Positions 31,416-41,447 of a stretch of DNA of 58,561 nucleotides are shown in pieces. Every line of letters begins with the position of its first letter. Positions within the stretch are counted from its first letter, which is position 1. The translations under genes were made by a program, and so were the position numbers. Source of the stretch: Lachnoclostridium sp. Lineage in GTDB: Bacteria > Bacillota > Clostridia > Lachnospirales > Lachnospiraceae. The DNA is taken from assembly GCF_031984325.1 (NCBI RefSeq), contig NZ_DALZAJ010000002.1; one strand, given 5' to 3'. Below the pieces are notes generated by a model. The model ran no database searches. It was not told where the DNA came from and saw only the letters and a list, made by a program, of their open reading frames with translations.

Positions 31416-32840
31416 ATGATTAAATTTGGTACTGGGGGCTGGCGTGCTATCATTGGAGATGACTTCACCAAGTCAAACATACAGCTACTCGCAAAAGGTC
31501 TTTGCGATAAAATGAAAGCAGAAGGTGTTGCTGATATAGGAGTTGTATTAGGCTATGACCGCCGCTTTCTGGCAAAAGAAGCTATGCAATGGGCAGCGAC
31601 TGTCTTTGCAAAAGAAGGAATACACGCTTCTCTTGTGAATAAGTCTTCGCCTACACCGCTGATTATGTTCTATGTGATGAAACATAATCTTCCATATGGA
31701 CTTATGATTACCGCTAGTCATAATCCTGCGATTTATAACGGAATTAAGGTTTTCTCTGCTGGTGGTAGAGATGCAGATGAACTCCAAACACAAGACTTGG
31801 AAAGTTATATAAGCAACTTAACTGCGGAAGATGTTAACGACATGGGCTATGAGGAGGCAATCTCAAAAGGTCTTATTAAAGAAATCTATCCTTTGAATGA
31901 GTACCTTGATAATATTATTGCTACTGTGGATATGGATGCTATTCGAAAAAGAAGCTTAAAAATAGTTATCGACCCAATGTATGGTGTTAGTGAAACTTCT
32001 CTAACCACAATTTTTCATACTGCACGTTGTGAAGTTTACACGATTCATGACCGACATGATACACTTTTTGGTGGTAAGCTTCCTTCACCTTCCGCTGCTA
32101 CTCTTCACTCCTTACAGCGTGCTGTCATTGATCGTAAATGTGATATCGGTATTGCAACAGATGGTGATGCAGACCGTATCGGCGTGATTGATGATACTGG
32201 ACATTTTCTACATCCAAACGATATTCTTGTACTACTTTATTATTATCTTGTAAAGTACAGAGGCTGGGAAGGTCCAGTCGTAAGAAATATCGCTACTACT
32301 CATATGCTTGATAAGGTAGCGAAAAAATTTGGTCAAGAATGCTATGAAGTTCCTGTTGGCTTTAAGCATATCTCTGCTAAAATGAATGCCACAAATGCAA
32401 TCATCGGGGGAGAGTCCTCAGGCGGTCTTACTGTCCGAGGTCATATCAAAGGAAAAGATGGCGTATATGCTGCTGCTCTTTTGGTAGAAATGATTGCAAT
32501 TACCGGAAAAAGATTATCCGAAATCTATAGAGATATTGAACAAGAATTTGGTTCGATTGAGATGGAGGAAGCAAACTATCATTTTAGTCAAGATAAGAAG
32601 GATGAAATCTATAAAGTATTAATGGAAGATAAAAAACTTCCTATTTTCCCAACAGAAATAGATCATGTTTCTTATCTTGATGGAAGTAAAGTATATTTTA
32701 AGAACGGTGGTTGGGTTGTAGCAAGATTCTCAGGAACTGAACCATTACTTCGAATCTTTTGTGAAATGAGTTCCATAAAAACAGCTCGTAAAATAATCTC
32801 TCTTTATGAAGACTTCTTAGGACTCACACCAGAGCCTTAA
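31416..32840 (+). CDS. Phosphoglucomutase/phosphomannomutase
   Basis: IKFGTGGWR, ITASHNP, DGDADR, GGESSG, RFSGTEP. Confidence 0.94.
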   Translation: MIKFGTGGWRAIIGDDFTKSNIQLLAKGLCDKMKAEGVADIGVVLGYDRRFLAKEAMQWAATVFAKEGIHASLVNKSSPTPLIMFYVMKHNLPYGLMITASHNPAIYNGIKVFSAGGRDADELQTQDLESYISNLTAEDVNDMGYEEAISKGLIKEIYPLNEYLDNIIATVDMDAIRKRSLKIVIDPMYGVSETSLTTIFHTARCEVYTIHDRHDTLFGGKLPSPSAATLHSLQRAVIDRKCDIGIATDGDADRIGVIDDTGHFLHPNDILVLLYYYLVKYRGWEGPVVRNIATTHMLDKVAKKFGQECYEVPVGFKHISAKMNATNAIIGGESSGGLTVRGHIKGKDGVYAAALLVEMIAITGKRLSEIYRDIEQEFGSIEMEEANYHFSQDKKDEIYKVLMEDKKLPIFPTEIDHVSYLDGSKVYFKNGGWVVARFSGTEPLLRIFCEMSSIKTARKIISLYEDFLGLTPEP

Positions 32841-32897
32841 TATACTATCTTCGTTCCCCTGTGTCCTCCTCTCTCTTGGGCACAGGATACCCTCCAA

Positions 32898-32939
32898 CTT
32901 GGAGGCGAAGTCACTTTGCCCGCAGGGTGAGTGCACATC
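32898..32939. repeat. Short dispersed intergenic repeat, copy B
   Basis: CTTG..GCGAAGTCACTTTGCCCGCAGGGTGAGTGCACATC matches 17489-17538. Confidence 0.6.
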
Positions 32940-33107
32940 CCTCGGAGAGATTTTGTTAAGTGCCCACTTAACATAGTAAACATTATAAAATTATAAATCG
33001 AAATAATTTAAGTATCATGGTATAATAGTTGTAAGTACCATGATAAATAAAAAGCAGAAATTCTATATGTTTGGGATTTCTGCTTTTATTGTCTTTTTTG
33101 TTAACAG

Positions 33108-34874
33108 ATGGGGGTAATGATGAAAATACATATTAAGTCAAACAATGAAGTTTCTCTAAAATGGAGTATGATGCGTACTCTAATCTTATGTTGGGTATTA
33201 CCGTTTACATTACTAACAATTATCGTTATAGAATTTGTTTATCATAACTTAAATCAACAGACAGAGCAAACGATTGTAAACTCCACAGAAAAAGCGGTAG
33301 AAATTTGCCTTTCAAGGATGCAAGATTCGATTATTGCATCGAAAAATGCTTCCTATCTTCCAACCATTCGGGAAAGATATAATCAATATCTTCTTGATAA
33401 TAACTATCTAGTGCTATACGAAAAGGTAACCTTATTTTTAACACAACAATATAAATTCGATGATCGCTTACTAAGTACTATGCTAATATTTACAGATAAC
33501 CCGAACGATGTTTATTATACATACAGCAACAAATATAAATCTACATATTCCAACGTCCAGTATTTCAAACGTAATGTTTTAGCCAAGGTTATCGAAATCT
33601 CAAAAGATTTAGATACTAAAGTTAAGTTCCTTCCATTTGATGATCGTGTTTACATGGTAAGAAATCTTATGACACCAAATTTTGAGCCATATGCAGTTAT
33701 TGCAATGGAACTAAATAATGAGACTGTCTTTGAAAGCATTAGTACCATCTGGGGATACGAAGCAGGTACCATCTATAAAAATGGAAGTTTTCTATGGGGT
33801 TCCAAAGAAAATGAATATCTGACCCGTTATGATGACATTACCAATCAAAGCGTCTACTATAAAAATGAAAAAGGGTCTTATGTATACAAAACACTAAAGT
33901 ACAATCAAGATGTACTGACTTTCGTAGCAAAATTGGACAGTGAAGTCATACTCTATGAGATGGATGCATTAAGATACATCGTTACTTTATCGATTCCTTT
34001 GCTGATTGCATTCGCGCTCATTGTATTTCGATTCTTCCATCGAAAGATAACAAAACCGATAGTCCAACTAATATCAGCATCTCATAAAATTGAAGACGGA
34101 GATTATGGAACTCAAATTCAAATAATAGAAGGTAGTCAAGAATTTTCTTTCCTTAGCGAAGCATTTAACTCAATGTCCCTAAAACTTAAGTATCAGTTTG
34201 AGCAAATTTATCTGGAAGAGCTAGCTCTAAAGGATGCAAGGATCATGGCATTGCAATCACAAATAAATCCTCACTTTTTAAACAATACCTTAGAAATCAT
34301 AAACTGGGAAGCAAGACTTATGGAAAATTATAAAGTAAGTGGTATGATTGAGGCCTTGTCAACCATTCTAGGCGCTACAATGAATCGAAAACACCAACAG
34401 CATATCCCGCTTGCAGAAGAACTTTCCTATGCAGATGCTTACTTCTTTATCATTTCTACAAGGCTTGGTGAACGGTTTCAAGTTGTCAAGGAAATTGATG
34501 AGAGTTTATTACAAGTTCCAGTACCTAGGCTTATTATTCAGCCAATTATTGAAAATGCTGTCGAGCATGGGATGAACGCACAAAACCAAGGCGTGGTTAC
34601 TCTTCATATCTTTTCCGAGGAGGATAAATTATTTATCGAGGTTAGAAATCAAGGAGAATTAACGGTGAGAGACAAAGAGAGAATAGATGCCTTATTAAGT
34701 GATGATTACGACGCAGAGAATGAGCGCTCCACAAGTCTTGGTATTCGTAATGTGAACCGACGTCTAAAGATTATTTACGGGAGTGATTGCGGATTATCCA
34801 TCAAAAGTGACAAAGACGGTTCTACGGTAAGTACAATTATCGTCAAATTAAACAAAACAAACTCAGACAAATAA
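33108..34874 (+). CDS. Sensor histidine kinase, YesM/LytS family
   Basis: Two TMs, HAMP, ALQSQINPHFLNNTL, IQPIIENAVEHG, LGIRNVNRRL; true start may be 33117 or 33120. Confidence 0.93.
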   Translation: MGVMMKIHIKSNNEVSLKWSMMRTLILCWVLPFTLLTIIVIEFVYHNLNQQTEQTIVNSTEKAVEICLSRMQDSIIASKNASYLPTIRERYNQYLLDNNYLVLYEKVTLFLTQQYKFDDRLLSTMLIFTDNPNDVYYTYSNKYKSTYSNVQYFKRNVLAKVIEISKDLDTKVKFLPFDDRVYMVRNLMTPNFEPYAVIAMELNNETVFESISTIWGYEAGTIYKNGSFLWGSKENEYLTRYDDITNQSVYYKNEKGSYVYKTLKYNQDVLTFVAKLDSEVILYEMDALRYIVTLSIPLLIAFALIVFRFFHRKITKPIVQLISASHKIEDGDYGTQIQIIEGSQEFSFLSEAFNSMSLKLKYQFEQIYLEELALKDARIMALQSQINPHFLNNTLEIINWEARLMENYKVSGMIEALSTILGATMNRKHQQHIPLAEELSYADAYFFIISTRLGERFQVVKEIDESLLQVPVPRLIIQPIIENAVEHGMNAQNQGVVTLHIFSEEDKLFIEVRNQGELTVRDKERIDALLSDDYDAENERSTSLGIRNVNRRLKIIYGSDCGLSIKSDKDGSTVSTIIVKLNKTNSDK

Positions 34875-34965
34875 TAACAATTCAAAACATTAACCTTTCC
34901 CCATTCTTAAGGTATGATGGTATCAGATGATAAAAGCATCTAAAAATTTCACGGGAGGTTATTTT

Positions 34966-36321
34966 ATGAAAAAATTACTTGCGTTACTGTTAACTCTTAC
35001 AATGGTAGTATCTATGGCTGCCTGCGCTAAAAAAGAGGATCCAGCTACTAATAACCCTAGTAGTAATAACGACAATAGCTCTAATAAAGCTACTGCTACA
35101 ACGGCTCCTACTGCTGCACCTAAGAAAGTTACATTAAATGTTACTACTACATATGCCGGAAACGATGGCAATGCTCAAAACTACCAAGACGCTGTTGCTA
35201 ATTGGGAAAAAACAACTGGAAACAAAGTAAATGATTCCTCATCAACTTCTGATGAAACTTTTAAAGCAAGAGTTTTAACAGACTTCGAAACAGGGTCTGA
35301 ACCAGATGTATTATTCTTCTTTAACGGTGTGGATTCCAATGCCTTCGTTCAAGCAGGTAAAGTAGTTTCTATCGATGAAATTCGTCAATCTTACCCTGAC
35401 TATGCATCGAATATGAAAGATGGTATGCTAGGCGCTTCTCCTGTTGATGGAAAGAACTATTCCGTTCCTGTAAATGGTTACTGGGAAGGTATGTTTGTAA
35501 ACAAAGAAGTATGTAAAGCTGCTGGTGTTCAGATTCCAGATGCTAACACTACATGGGATCAGTTCCTTGAGACTTGTCAGAAGATTAAAGATGCAGGTTA
35601 TGCTCCTATCGCTGTTTCTTTAGCAACTGTACCTCACTACTGGTTTGAGTTCTCTATTTACAATTTCTTATCACCATCAACACATAATGTTCTTCCAAAA
35701 AACACAACTGATACTCAGGGACAGGCATGGGTTAACGGTCTTAACGATATTAAGATGCTTTATGAAAAAGGTTATTTCCCAGAAAATACTTTAACAGGTA
35801 CTGACGATGAAACTGTTCAGTTATTTATTGATAATAAAGCAGCATTCTTAATCGATGGTTCTTGGAAAGTTGGTGGAATCGAAGGTTTAACAAGCGATAT
35901 TGATAACTTTACTGTTACTTATGTTCCAGGAAAGGGCGACAGAAAGACTACTGATATCATCGGTGGATTATCTAGTGGATATTTTATCTCAAAGAAAGCT
36001 TGGGAAGATCCAGATAAACGTGCTGCTGCTGTTGATTTTATTACTTTCATGACAAGTGATGAGTTAGTTTCTAATTTCGCACAAGTATCAGCTACAGCAT
36101 TAAAGAATGGTCCTACAGTAGATGAATCTACATTATCATCTCTTGCTAAAGATGGCCTTAAGTATGTAAAAGGCGCTACTGGAATGGCAAGCGCTGTAGA
36201 AGATCAGGTTCCAAGAGAGTGCAGGGTTCCTGTTTTTGATGGAATGCCTAACTTAGTAACTGGTAAAGCCGATATTTCAGAAGCAATACAAAGCGTTTTA
36301 GATTTAATAGCTGCTCAATAA
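34966..36321 (+). CDS. Sugar ABC transporter substrate-binding lipoprotein
   Basis: Lipobox MAAC, S/N/T linker, CUT1 SBP motifs (DGKNYSVP, AAFLIDGSW); ATG 34966 after GGAGG. Confidence 0.92.
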   Translation: MKKLLALLLTLTMVVSMAACAKKEDPATNNPSSNNDNSSNKATATTAPTAAPKKVTLNVTTTYAGNDGNAQNYQDAVANWEKTTGNKVNDSSSTSDETFKARVLTDFETGSEPDVLFFFNGVDSNAFVQAGKVVSIDEIRQSYPDYASNMKDGMLGASPVDGKNYSVPVNGYWEGMFVNKEVCKAAGVQIPDANTTWDQFLETCQKIKDAGYAPIAVSLATVPHYWFEFSIYNFLSPSTHNVLPKNTTDTQGQAWVNGLNDIKMLYEKGYFPENTLTGTDDETVQLFIDNKAAFLIDGSWKVGGIEGLTSDIDNFTVTYVPGKGDRKTTDIIGGLSSGYFISKKAWEDPDKRAAAVDFITFMTSDELVSNFAQVSATALKNGPTVDESTLSSLAKDGLKYVKGATGMASAVEDQVPRECRVPVFDGMPNLVTGKADISEAIQSVLDLIAAQ

Positions 36322-36456
36322 TCATACAAATAAAAGAATATTCGAGACTTTTCTTTGTCATGAATAAGAGGTGTCTGTACAGACCCACTTATTAGAAAAA
36401 AAATTGAGGCCGGAGAAATGCACTTTCTCTGGCCTTATTTTAAGAGAGGAGAAACT

Positions 36457-37338
36457 ATGACAGCTCATATCTATAAAAACAAAAAACCGATAATTTTCTT
36501 CCTCGCACCAGCATTCGCCTTTATTATCGTATTCTTATATTATCCTTTTATACAGAATATCATTAACAGCTTTCAGGAAATTAGCGGGCTTGGTTCTGCA
36601 GCAAAGGGTTGGCAGGATCCATGGTATAGTAATTATACTACTCTAGTAAAAGATGAAAATATGCAGATAGCTCTAAAAAATACTCTGATTATGCTATTTG
36701 TAACAGTCTTTGGTCAGGTAGGTATTGCTCTTTTACTTTCCATTCTTACTGACCGTATCTCCCATGGTGCGAAGTTTTTCAGGGTCGTTTATTTCTTCCC
36801 TATTGTAATATCGGCCACTGCACTTGGATTATTAATATGGCTTATTGTTCTCTATGATAAGGGAATGCTCAACCAACTACGCGAGTTTTTTGGTGCAACA
36901 GACTTAATCGATTTTAAAAGAAAACCTTATGCTTTATTTACTATGTTTATTCCGGTTATGTGGCAATACGTCGGGTTTTATTTTATCATCCTTGTAACTG
37001 GATTAAATAATATTTCCTCTGAGTTATACGAAGCTGCAGCAATTGATGGTGCAACACCTTACCAACAGGTAAAATACATCTCCCTACCACTTCTTCGTAA
37101 TGTAATTTGTACCTGTGTTGTTCTTGCCGTAACTGGTTCCTTAAAGGTGTTCGATCTTCCTTGGACATTATTCCCTAAAGGAATGTCAGATACCTGGCTT
37201 ACCGGAACCTATATGTACTATCAGGTATTTAATGCAAACAATGTAGATTATAGTTCTGCTATTGCAGTTGTGATTGTTATCTTAGGCGTTGTTCTATCAA
37301 AACTTGTTAACACAATTTTCAAAGAAAAAGAATATTAA
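36457..37338 (+). CDS. Sugar ABC transporter permease
   Basis: ELYEAAAIDGA EAA loop; LKVFD; TM segments. Confidence 0.93.
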   Translation: MTAHIYKNKKPIIFFLAPAFAFIIVFLYYPFIQNIINSFQEISGLGSAAKGWQDPWYSNYTTLVKDENMQIALKNTLIMLFVTVFGQVGIALLLSILTDRISHGAKFFRVVYFFPIVISATALGLLIWLIVLYDKGMLNQLREFFGATDLIDFKRKPYALFTMFIPVMWQYVGFYFIILVTGLNNISSELYEAAAIDGATPYQQVKYISLPLLRNVICTCVVLAVTGSLKVFDLPWTLFPKGMSDTWLTGTYMYYQVFNANNVDYSSAIAVVIVILGVVLSKLVNTIFKEKEY

Positions 37339-37350
37339 AGGAGGGTTGCT

Positions 37351-38226
37351 ATGAAAACTATTACAGTAAAAAATAAAAGAAAAATATCCATAGGGCAACC
37401 CATTATCTATTTAATATTAAGTCTTTGGGCAGTTACTACAATTTATCCAATTGTATGGGTCGTAATAAATTCCTTTAAAGACCGAAGATACATCTTAAAA
37501 AATTCTTTTTCACTACCTATAGGAGAAGTTTTTACCCTAAGTAACTACGAATTGGCATTCAGACGTGTAAATATTCTCAATGCTTATAAAAATAGTTTAG
37601 TGATTTCCACCACTGTAGCTGTGACTGTTATAATATTTGCAGGATTAGCCTCTTACGTATTAGTAAGATATGAGTTTCGTTTAAAGAAATTATTATATGG
37701 TTTAGTAATTGCAGGTATGATGTTTCCTGTATACTCGACAATTATTCCTGTATTTCGTATGGAACATTCCTGGGGTATAGTAAATACCGATAAACTATAT
37801 CTATCCCTGCTCTCCTGTGCTCTTCCGCAAATAGCGGGTAACTTATCCTTTGCTATTGTCGTCTTAATGGGGTATATTAAAAGCCTTCCAATAGAGCTTG
37901 AAGAAGCCGCATATATGGAAGGATGTAATATTTTTCAAATTTTCTTTCGTGTTATTGTTCCGTTAACCAAGCCGTCTTTTGCAACGGTTGCAATCTTCTC
38001 CTTTTTATGGAGCTATAATGATTTATTTACTCAGATGTTCTTCCTACGTACCAAGACACAGTGGACTATCACCAATTTATTAAATCAATTAACTTCCCAG
38101 GAAGGTACTAACTACGGACTTATGGCATCGGCGGTAACACTTGTAATTATTCCTATTCTAATCTTATATATCTTCTTACAGAAATATATCATTAAAGGAA
38201 TGACTGCAGGTGCGGTCAAAGGTTGA
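37351..38226 (+). CDS. Sugar ABC transporter permease
   Basis: ELEEAAYMEG EAA loop; C-terminal GMTAGAVKG. Confidence 0.93.
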   Translation: MKTITVKNKRKISIGQPIIYLILSLWAVTTIYPIVWVVINSFKDRRYILKNSFSLPIGEVFTLSNYELAFRRVNILNAYKNSLVISTTVAVTVIIFAGLASYVLVRYEFRLKKLLYGLVIAGMMFPVYSTIIPVFRMEHSWGIVNTDKLYLSLLSCALPQIAGNLSFAIVVLMGYIKSLPIELEEAAYMEGCNIFQIFFRVIVPLTKPSFATVAIFSFLWSYNDLFTQMFFLRTKTQWTITNLLNQLTSQEGTNYGLMASAVTLVIIPILILYIFLQKYIIKGMTAGAVKG

Positions 38227-38249
38227 TTTTTGTGTTATAATATTAGTGT

Positions 38250-38464
38250 GGAACTAAACTATATCTGGATTTAGTTCTAGATGATAATTTAGTTCTACAT
38301 TCTGATTTAGTTCTACATTTTGAGTTGGTTCTAAATTATATTTTGGTTCTACACTTTGAGTTAGTTCTAAATAATAATTTGGTTCTACATTTTTGAGTTA
38401 GTTCTAAATATAATTTGGTTCTACATTTTAATTTAGTCTAGATTATGATTTAGTTCTACATTCA
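38250..38464. repeat. 18-bp minisatellite (11 units, core TT(A/G)GTTCTA) preceded by one inverted core
   Basis: Units from 38269 to 38464; GGAACTAAA at 38250-38258 is an inverted core. Confidence 0.9.
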
Positions 38465-38645
38465 TTGGATGGCTAGCTTTGAAGTTTTTCCTGTTATACA
38501 TGATGGATATGCTTACTAATTTAGTATATCTCCATGTAAAGTATCATACTATGAATAAGATAAGCTAGTGTTCTAAGATATGAATAACCAGATAATTATT
38601 AACCTTAAATACATAAGCGTGAGAACAGGCTGACAGGAGGTTGCC

Positions 38646-39425
38646 ATGTACAAGGTAATTATCATTGATGACGAACCGGTTATCGTAAGGGGATTGTCTC
38701 AGACAATACCATGGGAGAAACATAATTGTCAGGTGGTAGGAACTGCATTTAATGGGAAAGACGGACTGGAGTTAATTCGAAACCAAAAGCCAGATATTTT
38801 AATTTCTGATATCTGTATGCCCGGTATGGATGGCTTAACCATGATTGCAAGTATAAAATCACAATTTCCGAAGATGCAGATTTGTATCTTAACTGGATTC
38901 CGTGATTTTGATTACGCCCAGCGGGCTATTTGTCTTGGTGTTACCCGTTTCTTATTAAAACCATCGAAAATGAATGAATTATTAGATGCACTTGATGTTA
39001 TGACAACCAATTTATCAAGTTCTGATGTTGAGATAAAAAAAGAAGAAACAATGATATCTGACGAAGAACAGCAAGGCTCACCAGAAGAAAATACCGCCAG
39101 CAGTTTTATCGTGAAAAATGCCTTACAATATATTGATGAAAACTACCAACAAAAAATAATGTTATCGGAAGTTGCTGAGCATATCTATGTCAGCCAATGG
39201 CATTTAAGTAAATTACTCCACCGACATACTGGACAAAATTTTTCTGAAATTCTTAATAATGTTCGTATTGAAAAGGCAAAAGAATTACTCAATAATCCAG
39301 CACTTCGTATCGGTGAGGTAGCCGAAAAAGTTGGCTTCGTTGATATGGCTCATTTTTCAAGAGTATTTAAAAAAATAGTTGGTATTTCTGCAAATGAGTT
39401 TCGAAATACAGTATTATCTAAGTAA
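38646..39425 (+). CDS. Response regulator, YesN family (REC + AraC HTH)
   Basis: IIDDE, SDICMPGMDG, FLLKP; AraC HTH VAEKVGFVDMAHFSRVFKK. Confidence 0.94.
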   Translation: MYKVIIIDDEPVIVRGLSQTIPWEKHNCQVVGTAFNGKDGLELIRNQKPDILISDICMPGMDGLTMIASIKSQFPKMQICILTGFRDFDYAQRAICLGVTRFLLKPSKMNELLDALDVMTTNLSSSDVEIKKEETMISDEEQQGSPEENTASSFIVKNALQYIDENYQQKIMLSEVAEHIYVSQWHLSKLLHRHTGQNFSEILNNVRIEKAKELLNNPALRIGEVAEKVGFVDMAHFSRVFKKIVGISANEFRNTVLSK

Positions 39426-39540
39426 TATACATAACATAACTATCACTTCTCTTTTGTGTAGATTGGTAAGATGGACCTCTCCTATCGTCCCTTGCCTGGA
39501 CAAGAGAGCAAAACTAAGCCTTAGAGCTTTCTTGTCGAAA

Positions 39541-39573
39541 AAAACAAGCTGTGACCCTCTCACAGCTTGTTTT
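39541..39573 (+). terminator. Intrinsic terminator after the response regulator
   Basis: AAAACAAGCTGTGA-ccctc-TCACAGCTTGTTTT. Confidence 0.8.
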
Positions 39574-39578
39574 ATTTA

Positions 39579-39607
39579 TTGACGAATAAATACAAAAGTG
39601 CTAGAAT
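39579..39607 (+). promoter_or_regulatory. sigmaA promoter of tRNA-Gly
   Basis: TTGACG-17 nt-TAGAAT. Confidence 0.75.
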
Positions 39608-39624
39608 AATATGGTAGTAACTAA

Positions 39625-39695
39625 GCGGATATAGTTCAATGGTAGAATATGAGCTTCCCAAGCTTAGGATGCGGGTTCGATTCCCGTTATCCGCT
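39625..39695 (+). tRNA. tRNA-Gly (anticodon CCC), CCA not encoded
   Basis: Acceptor GCGGATA/TATCCGC, D arm, TGAGC-TTCCCAA-GCTTA anticodon arm, GGTTCGATTCC T arm. Confidence 0.96.
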
Positions 39696-39801
39696 GTAGA
39701 AAGATTAAAAGCATCAGTTTTTGGGCTGATGCTTTTATTTTATGTCATAGGGGTGCTAGTCGCAAGGATGGATGACAGTAATACTATAATATTATATTGC
39801 C

Positions 39802-40740
39802 TTACTTCTTTACTTTTTTAAGATCGAGTGTTTTAGCGTTAGTTATATCCTTATATTCTCCATATCCAAACAATTCCATTTTATCATTAAACAAGAAAAA
39901 GAAATACTCACGATTCATCCCTCCAAAACTGTTTTGAGCACTATAATCAATAACAATCGTTGGATTGTTACCATATTCCTTACATCTACCATATGTAATA
40001 GAGTGAATCTGTAAAGATTTAGGCTTTTTAAGAATAGATTTTAAATATGTTATACCTTCTTGGGCTAGAGTATAATAATTAGTAACTAGCAACTGATATG
40101 TATACTTTACATTATCCACTGTAGCAACAATCTTTACCTCCCCATTTATGTCCTTAGTAGTTACCTTTCCAGCGGATGTAACTGTTGCTATGGCTTTATC
40201 ACTACTACTCCATGAAACATTTTTATTTTCTGTACCAACAACTGCATTTAATTTGGGGTTACTATTTGCTGAAGTGTGTACTAACATGCTGTTAACAGTT
40301 ACTTTACATTTTACTTTATTTCCGCCCTCTAATTCACCTGTTATAGTCGCTTGACCAAGGGCGATACCTTTTACTTCTCCGGTTTCAGATACTGTAGCTA
40401 CTTTTTTATTATCCGAACTCCATTTAATATTTCCCGCACATGTGCCTGATGGTGTCGTCGTATATTTTAATATTTTATAATCGCCTACAGCTAAGCTGAA
40501 TTTTTCTTCTTTGAGTTTAATAGCTGTAGCATATACTGAGATATCTTCTATAGTAAATTTATAATCAAGATCATCTGATGGAGTGATTTGAAAGTAATAA
40601 CCTCCTGCTGCTAAATGAAGCTTTTTAGTTTTTGATTTCCCTGGTTCAATTGTATAACTAAAAATTTTGCCATCATCATAGCCCCATAAATCAAAATCAA
40701 CGTCTTCCCATCCATATACTTTTTTACCCAGTACGCTCAT
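39802..40740 (-). pseudogene. 5'-truncated surface protein with Ig-like (Big_2) domains
   Basis: WSSDNKKVATVSETGEV and WSSSDKAIATVTSAGKV repeats; no signal peptide or RBS; frame stays open upstream to ~40815 without a start. Confidence 0.7.
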
Positions 40741-40790
40741 TGTAACTTTTACATCACGATCACCTGTAAGTGTAAATTCATGGCAAATAC

Positions 40791-41227
40791 ACGCTATGGA
40801 CCGAAAACGAAATTGTCACCGAAGGCATCCCTGCAACAATCAAGGTTCATTCAGATGCCGGGCAGGTTAAATTGACGATTCTTAATGCAGACAACAAGCC
40901 GACAGAGTCTGAATGGATAGCAAATGTAGTTGGTGGCATAGCTGAGTTTAGCCTAACAGCGGATCAAGTAAAGATAGGGCGTTCTCCAACCCGTTCACAA
41001 GCATTGTCAGCAGCACTCCGACAGCGTCTGTTAAGAAGCTTAATGGTTATACGAACGAACTTACACTCACAGTGACTGACGTCTATGACATTGGTATGCA
41101 GAAGACGTATACTGTGACTATCAACATCAATAATAACGCCGCTGGCACCTATGAGGTAGGCCCGCACAAGGTCTATGTCGACACCAAGGGTAACACTAAA
41201 GTCCGCGAGTGCCGTATCGTGAAGTAA
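40791..41227 (+). pseudogene. 3' remnant of a secreted-protein gene (frameshifted near 40980)
   Basis: Frame 40982-41227 reads ASVKKLNGYTNELTLTVTD..NNNAAGTYEVGPHKVYVDTKGNTKVRECRIVK*, a C-terminal module I recall from clostridial secreted CAZymes; higher GC; followed by a terminator. Confidence 0.65.
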
Positions 41228-41260
41228 CAGGTTTCGTTACCCAAAAGGACTCCTAGTATT

Positions 41261-41307
41261 GCATAAGCCCCGCATCAGTTCCGTATGGAATAGGTGCGGG
41301 GCTTTGC
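41261..41307 (+). terminator. Terminator-like hairpin after the remnant gene
   Basis: AAGCCCCGCATC...GGTGCGGGGCTT. Confidence 0.65.
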
Positions 41308-41447
41308 TATGAAGAGAAGAAAACTATAGAAAAGCCTCCTAGTGCTAGTCTCGTAAACAAATCACTAGGAGGTGTAAAAATTGCTAAATAATTTTATCAA
41401 TCAAATATGTGAGATAACTTCAAATTGATGACGTATGTATTTCATTC

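Noticed and set aside
38250..38464. CRISPR array or repeat-peptide gene
   Set aside because: Units are 18 bp with no unique spacers and no cas genes are present; the DLVL-repeat frame has no start codon and is broken by indels
39639..39821. 60-aa ORF
   Set aside because: Lies over tRNA-Gly and its terminator
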